A DNA stretch of 37,960 nt from a virus (lineage: Duplodnaviria; Heunggongvirae; Uroviricota; Caudoviricetes). The notes beneath the pieces are model-generated. The model saw only the letters and a list, made by a program, of their open reading frames with translations, was not told the origin of the DNA and ran no database searches. Below, one piece after another: positions 34,993 to 37,960 of this stretch. The translations under genes and the position numbers were made by a program. Numbering within the stretch: the stretch's first letter is position 1; each line of letters starts with the position of its first letter. The stretch lies in IMG/VR virus record IMGVR_UViG_2588253749_000006. One strand, 5' to 3'.

Positions 34993-35937
34993 ATGGCAAA
35001 TCTACCTGAAACCCCACAGTGGGAAGACGGCATCTACCAGATTGAGGTCTCTGACCCCGTTCTGGGCGGGCCTGACGGAATTTCTAACCGTCAGGGTAAA
35101 CAACTGGCCAGCCGCACGCTGTACCTGAAGCAACAGGTTGAAAAAGGCGGGGCTGACCTTGCGAAACACATCGCGGCAGCAGACCCGCATGCCCAGTATG
35201 CACCGAAAGCCAGTCCGGCATTCACCGGCACACCAACAGCACCTACACCTGCAAATGGCGATAACAGCAAAAAGCTGGCGACGACGGAGTTTGTGGCCAA
35301 AGCACTTGCGGCGCTTGCAGGCAGCGCCCCTGAGACACTGGATACGCTTAAAGAGCTGGCTGACGCTCTCGGTAATGATCCAAACTTTGCGACTACGGTA
35401 CTGAACAAGCTGGCGGAAAAGCTGGCTAAAGACCAGAACGGCGCAGATATTCCTGATCCTGCGCTGTTTGTCAAAAACCTTGGTTTGGGAGAAGGTACTC
35501 CAGCTATTGGCGTTCCGTTCTTCTGGCCCTCCGCGGCAATGCCAAATACTGTAATCGACAGCTGGTCCAGTATGGTGTTTTTGAAGTTCAACGGGGCGAA
35601 ATTTTCTGCCACTGATTACCCTGTGCTGGCGAAAGTGTTTCCTTCGCTGGTATTACCTGAAGCCCGCGGTGATTTCATTCGTATCTGGGATGACGGGCGA
35701 GGTGTAGACGGTGGTCGCGAATTATTAAGCTGGCAGGCAGCTACAAACTTTTCTCAGTTTGCCGGGAATATAGGCGATGGTGCGGGCCACGCAATTAATT
35801 TTCATGATGGTATCGCCGGAAATCAGCCAGGATTTTCACGATTTAATTTCACCAGTAACTCTGTGGGTGATGGTGTGAATTTTGTTGCCGTCAGACCGCG
35901 AAATATTGCATTTAACTTTCTGGTGAGGGCTAAATGA
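34993..35937 (+). CDS. tail fibre protein; constant N-terminal part plus currently expressed variable C-terminal part
   Basis: 314 aa; the recombination site lies in-frame at codons 159-167, so everything downstream is inside the invertible segment. Confidence 0.75.
   Translation: MANLPETPQWEDGIYQIEVSDPVLGGPDGISNRQGKQLASRTLYLKQQVEKGGADLAKHIAAADPHAQYAPKASPAFTGTPTAPTPANGDNSKKLATTEFVAKALAALAGSAPETLDTLKELADALGNDPNFATTVLNKLAEKLAKDQNGADIPDPALFVKNLGLGEGTPAIGVPFFWPSAAMPNTVIDSWSSMVFLKFNGAKFSATDYPVLAKVFPSLVLPEARGDFIRIWDDGRGVDGGRELLSWQAATNFSQFAGNIGDGAGHAINFHDGIAGNQPGFSRFNFTSNSVGDGVNFVAVRPRNIAFNFLVRAK
35468..35493. repeat. left invertase crossover site (gix/hix-like), inside the tail fibre gene
   Basis: TTGTCAAAAACCTTGGTTTGGGAGAA; 21 of 26 positions identical to the reverse complement of the right site, with a perfect 14-bp core TTGGTTTGGGAGAA. 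Confidence 0.6.
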
Positions 35938-36530
35938 TGACCCCAATTTTTGATGAAAATGGACTGGCTACAGTGCCGGGCGATATGCGTTGTTTTTATT
36001 ATGATGCAGTAACGTATGAATATACGGGCTGGTCTGATGAATATATTAATACTGGTGTAAGTATGCCCGCCTGTTCCACTGGTATTGACCCGGGCGAAAA
36101 CATTCCGGGAAAAGTGGCAGTATTTACGGGTAAGGGATGGAGCCATGAAGAAGACCATCGCAATGAGACTGTTTACTCAACAGAAAATGGTGCAACTGTT
36201 ACAGTGGATTATATCGGTGCCATCAAAGACGGTTATGTCACGCTTTCACCGTTAACGCCATACGATAAATGGGATGGTGAGAAATGGGTGACAGATTCTG
36301 AGGCACAACACGGTGCCGCAGTAGAAGCGGCAGAAGCACAGCGCCAGTCACTTATTGATGCAGCAATGGCTTCCATTAGTCTGATTCAGCTGAAATTACG
36401 GGCCGGGCGGAAGCTGATGCAGGCAGAGACCTCCCGACTTAACACTGTGCTGGATTACATTGACGCGGTGACGGCAACAGATACCAGCACCGCGCCGGAT
36501 GTCATCTGGCCTGAACTGCCGGAGGAGTAG
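35934..36530 (+). CDS. tail fibre assembly chaperone (Tfa/U-like), expressed orientation
   Basis: 198 aa directly after the fibre gene; C-terminal DYIDAVTATDTSTAPDVIWPELP. Confidence 0.7.
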   Translation: MMTPIFDENGLATVPGDMRCFYYDAVTYEYTGWSDEYINTGVSMPACSTGIDPGENIPGKVAVFTGKGWSHEEDHRNETVYSTENGATVTVDYIGAIKDGYVTLSPLTPYDKWDGEKWVTDSEAQHGAAVEAAEAQRQSLIDAAMASISLIQLKLRAGRKLMQAETSRLNTVLDYIDAVTATDTSTAPDVIWPELPEE

Positions 36531-36942
36531 GCCATTCAATATCTGGCGCACTGGAAGTATCGACCAGCTCCAGTGCGTCCAGATAATCCAGCCACAAATT
36601 ATATTGCGCCAGTTCCTCACCTTTCAGACGACCAATAGCCGCTTTACCAGCCCATTGTTTACTGTTCATATAATCGTTGGCCTGATTAATCAATTGCTGC
36701 TTTTTCAGTTCGGCTGCAGCAATCTGTTCCTCATGTGTTGGTGGTGGAATTTCAGACCATGCAGGAAAACCATTTTCTCCAGCGATACGGATTTTTCCTT
36801 TCGGCGGTAATCCGGAAAACTCAATATACACTTGCTCATCAACTTCAACAGCATCATCTGGCCATGAGTCAGCTTGCGTGTAATCCTCTTTCATCTCCAA
36901 GGGATAGAAAGAGTTTGTAGTCGCGGAATATATGTAATTCAT
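36502..36942 (-). CDS. alternative tail fibre assembly chaperone (U'-like), silent orientation
   Basis: 146 aa convergent with and overlapping the Tfa gene; C-terminal DYLDALELVDTSSAPDIEWPTPP. Confidence 0.7.
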   Translation of the reverse strand: MNYIYSATTNSFYPLEMKEDYTQADSWPDDAVEVDEQVYIEFSGLPPKGKIRIAGENGFPAWSEIPPPTHEEQIAAAELKKQQLINQANDYMNSKQWAGKAAIGRLKGEELAQYNLWLDYLDALELVDTSSAPDIEWPTPPAVQAR

Positions 36943-36968
36943 TTTTCACTCCATAAAGTTAAAAGAAA

Positions 36969-37316
36969 TTAACACCCTAATGCGAAAAATGAAGCACCGA
37001 TACCGGGTACGCCTGCTCTGGAAATAAATTTCACCGGGTCCTGGTTATAACCGGCACAAGCTATATAGCCAACATTTGCACTGCCGGGAGTGTAATCCTG
37101 AGTTGCAAATACCCGCAGACATCTATTCGGAAATGCAATCGGAAAATAGGTTACTGTGTCCTGAGACGTCAGCGAAACATCAATTGGCCCCCATTGAATA
37201 ATTAAACCGGATGGCAATTTTTGATATCCAGTACCTGAAACAGAAAGCGTGAAGCTACCCATATCAGGTATCTGATTCGTCCCTGTCCCCACATTCCTTT
37301 TTGCCGCTTCTCCCAA
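36969..37316 (-). CDS. alternative tail fibre variable C-terminal cassette (Sv'-like), promoterless
   Basis: 115-aa frame opening at the right crossover site, in the same codon phase (GGT TTG GGA GAA) as the fibre gene at the left site. Confidence 0.6.
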   Translation of the reverse strand: MGEAAKRNVGTGTNQIPDMGSFTLSVSGTGYQKLPSGLIIQWGPIDVSLTSQDTVTYFPIAFPNRCLRVFATQDYTPGSANVGYIACAGYNQDPVKFISRAGVPGIGASFFALGC

Positions 37317-37333
37317 ACCAACGTTTTCGTCTT
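37308..37333. repeat. right invertase crossover site (gix/hix-like)
   Basis: TTCTCCCAAACCAACGTTTTCGTCTT, about 55 bp upstream of the invertase start. Confidence 0.6.
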
Positions 37334-37387
37334 AACTCCCACCTATACCAGCTATGTATTTTTAACAAAACAAAGAGGATATTTTTC

Positions 37388-37960
37388 ATGCAAATTGGCT
37401 ACATTCGTGTGTCAACAAATGACCAGAATACAGATTTACAACGAAACGCACTGAACTGCGCAGGATGTGAACTGATTTTTGAGGATAAAATCAGCGGAAC
37501 AAAGTCAGCCCGACCGGGATTGAAAAAGCTGCTCAGAACGTTATCAGAAGGAGATACGCTCGTTGTCTGGAAGCTGGATAGGCTGGGCAGAAGCATGAAA
37601 CACCTTATCACTCTTATTGAGGAACTGCGGGGAAAAGGGGGTAATTTCCGTAGTCTTACAGACAGCATTGATACGTCAACACCCATGGGACGTTTCTTTT
37701 TTCACGTCATGGGGGCTTTAGCGGAAATGGAGCGCGAATTAATAGTTGAACGAACACTGGCCGGACTTGAGGCAGCACGTGCACAGGGGCGTATTGGCGG
37801 ACGCCGTCCGAAACTGACAAAAGAGCAACATGAACAAATAGCAAGGCTGATCAAAAATGGCTATAGCAGGAAACAGTTGGCAATTATTTACGATATCGGT
37901 ATATCGACGATTTATCGTTATCACCCTGTAGAGGAACTCCAAACTCAAGCTAAGTTGTAA
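37388..37960 (+). CDS. serine DNA invertase (Gin/Pin/Hin/Cin family)
   Basis: 190 aa from the ATG with AAGAGGA RBS inside track ORF 37301..37960; MQIGYIRVSTNDQNTDLQRNAL ... closely resembles e14 Pin / Mu Gin as I recall them. Confidence 0.9.
   Translation: MQIGYIRVSTNDQNTDLQRNALNCAGCELIFEDKISGTKSARPGLKKLLRTLSEGDTLVVWKLDRLGRSMKHLITLIEELRGKGGNFRSLTDSIDTSTPMGRFFFHVMGALAEMERELIVERTLAGLEAARAQGRIGGRRPKLTKEQHEQIARLIKNGYSRKQLAIIYDIGISTIYRYHPVEELQTQAKL

Noticed and set aside
35091-35612. 173-aa minus-strand ORF
   Set aside because: Antisense to the tail fibre gene; Ala/Ser-rich low-complexity translation.
1-37960. CRISPR arrays, tRNA or rRNA genes, prophage att/end repeats
   Set aside because: No spaced direct-repeat arrays, tRNA-like cloverleaf candidates or rRNA-like stretches were noticed; Mu-type end repeats were not found by eye and the ends probably lie outside the window.

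Overview
The window appears to lie entirely inside a Mu-like transposable prophage, probably from an enterobacterial host; no prophage ends or att sites are visible. All calls rest on the six-frame track plus motif recall; no database search was run, and non-ORF coordinates are approximate (+/-2 bp). Bases 1-8041 are a leftward (minus-strand) early operon: Ner-like regulator, a wHTH protein, an unknown 303-aa protein, a Mu A-type DDE transposase, a MuB-like ATPase, a Gam homologue, several small genes, a GemA-like protein and a Mor/C-family activator. From 8092 rightward (plus strand) come an XRE-type repressor, a ~3 kb AT-rich accessory region of unknown genes, a lysis cassette with nested Rz/Rz1 spanins, and a Mu-type head and contractile-tail module. 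The tail module ends in a Gin/Pin-type invertible tail-fibre segment and its invertase. An intact IS2 (31412-32742, 5-bp target duplication TCGAT) has split an AT-rich cargo gene lying between baseplate genes. The two best candidates for something undescribed are the two-gene cassette translationally coupled to the repressor (8550-10048) and the IS2-disrupted cargo gene, whose C-terminus looks like a PD-(D/E)xK nuclease. Also notable is a motif (consensus CTTTAAwATCCGT) recurring upstream of three late operons.
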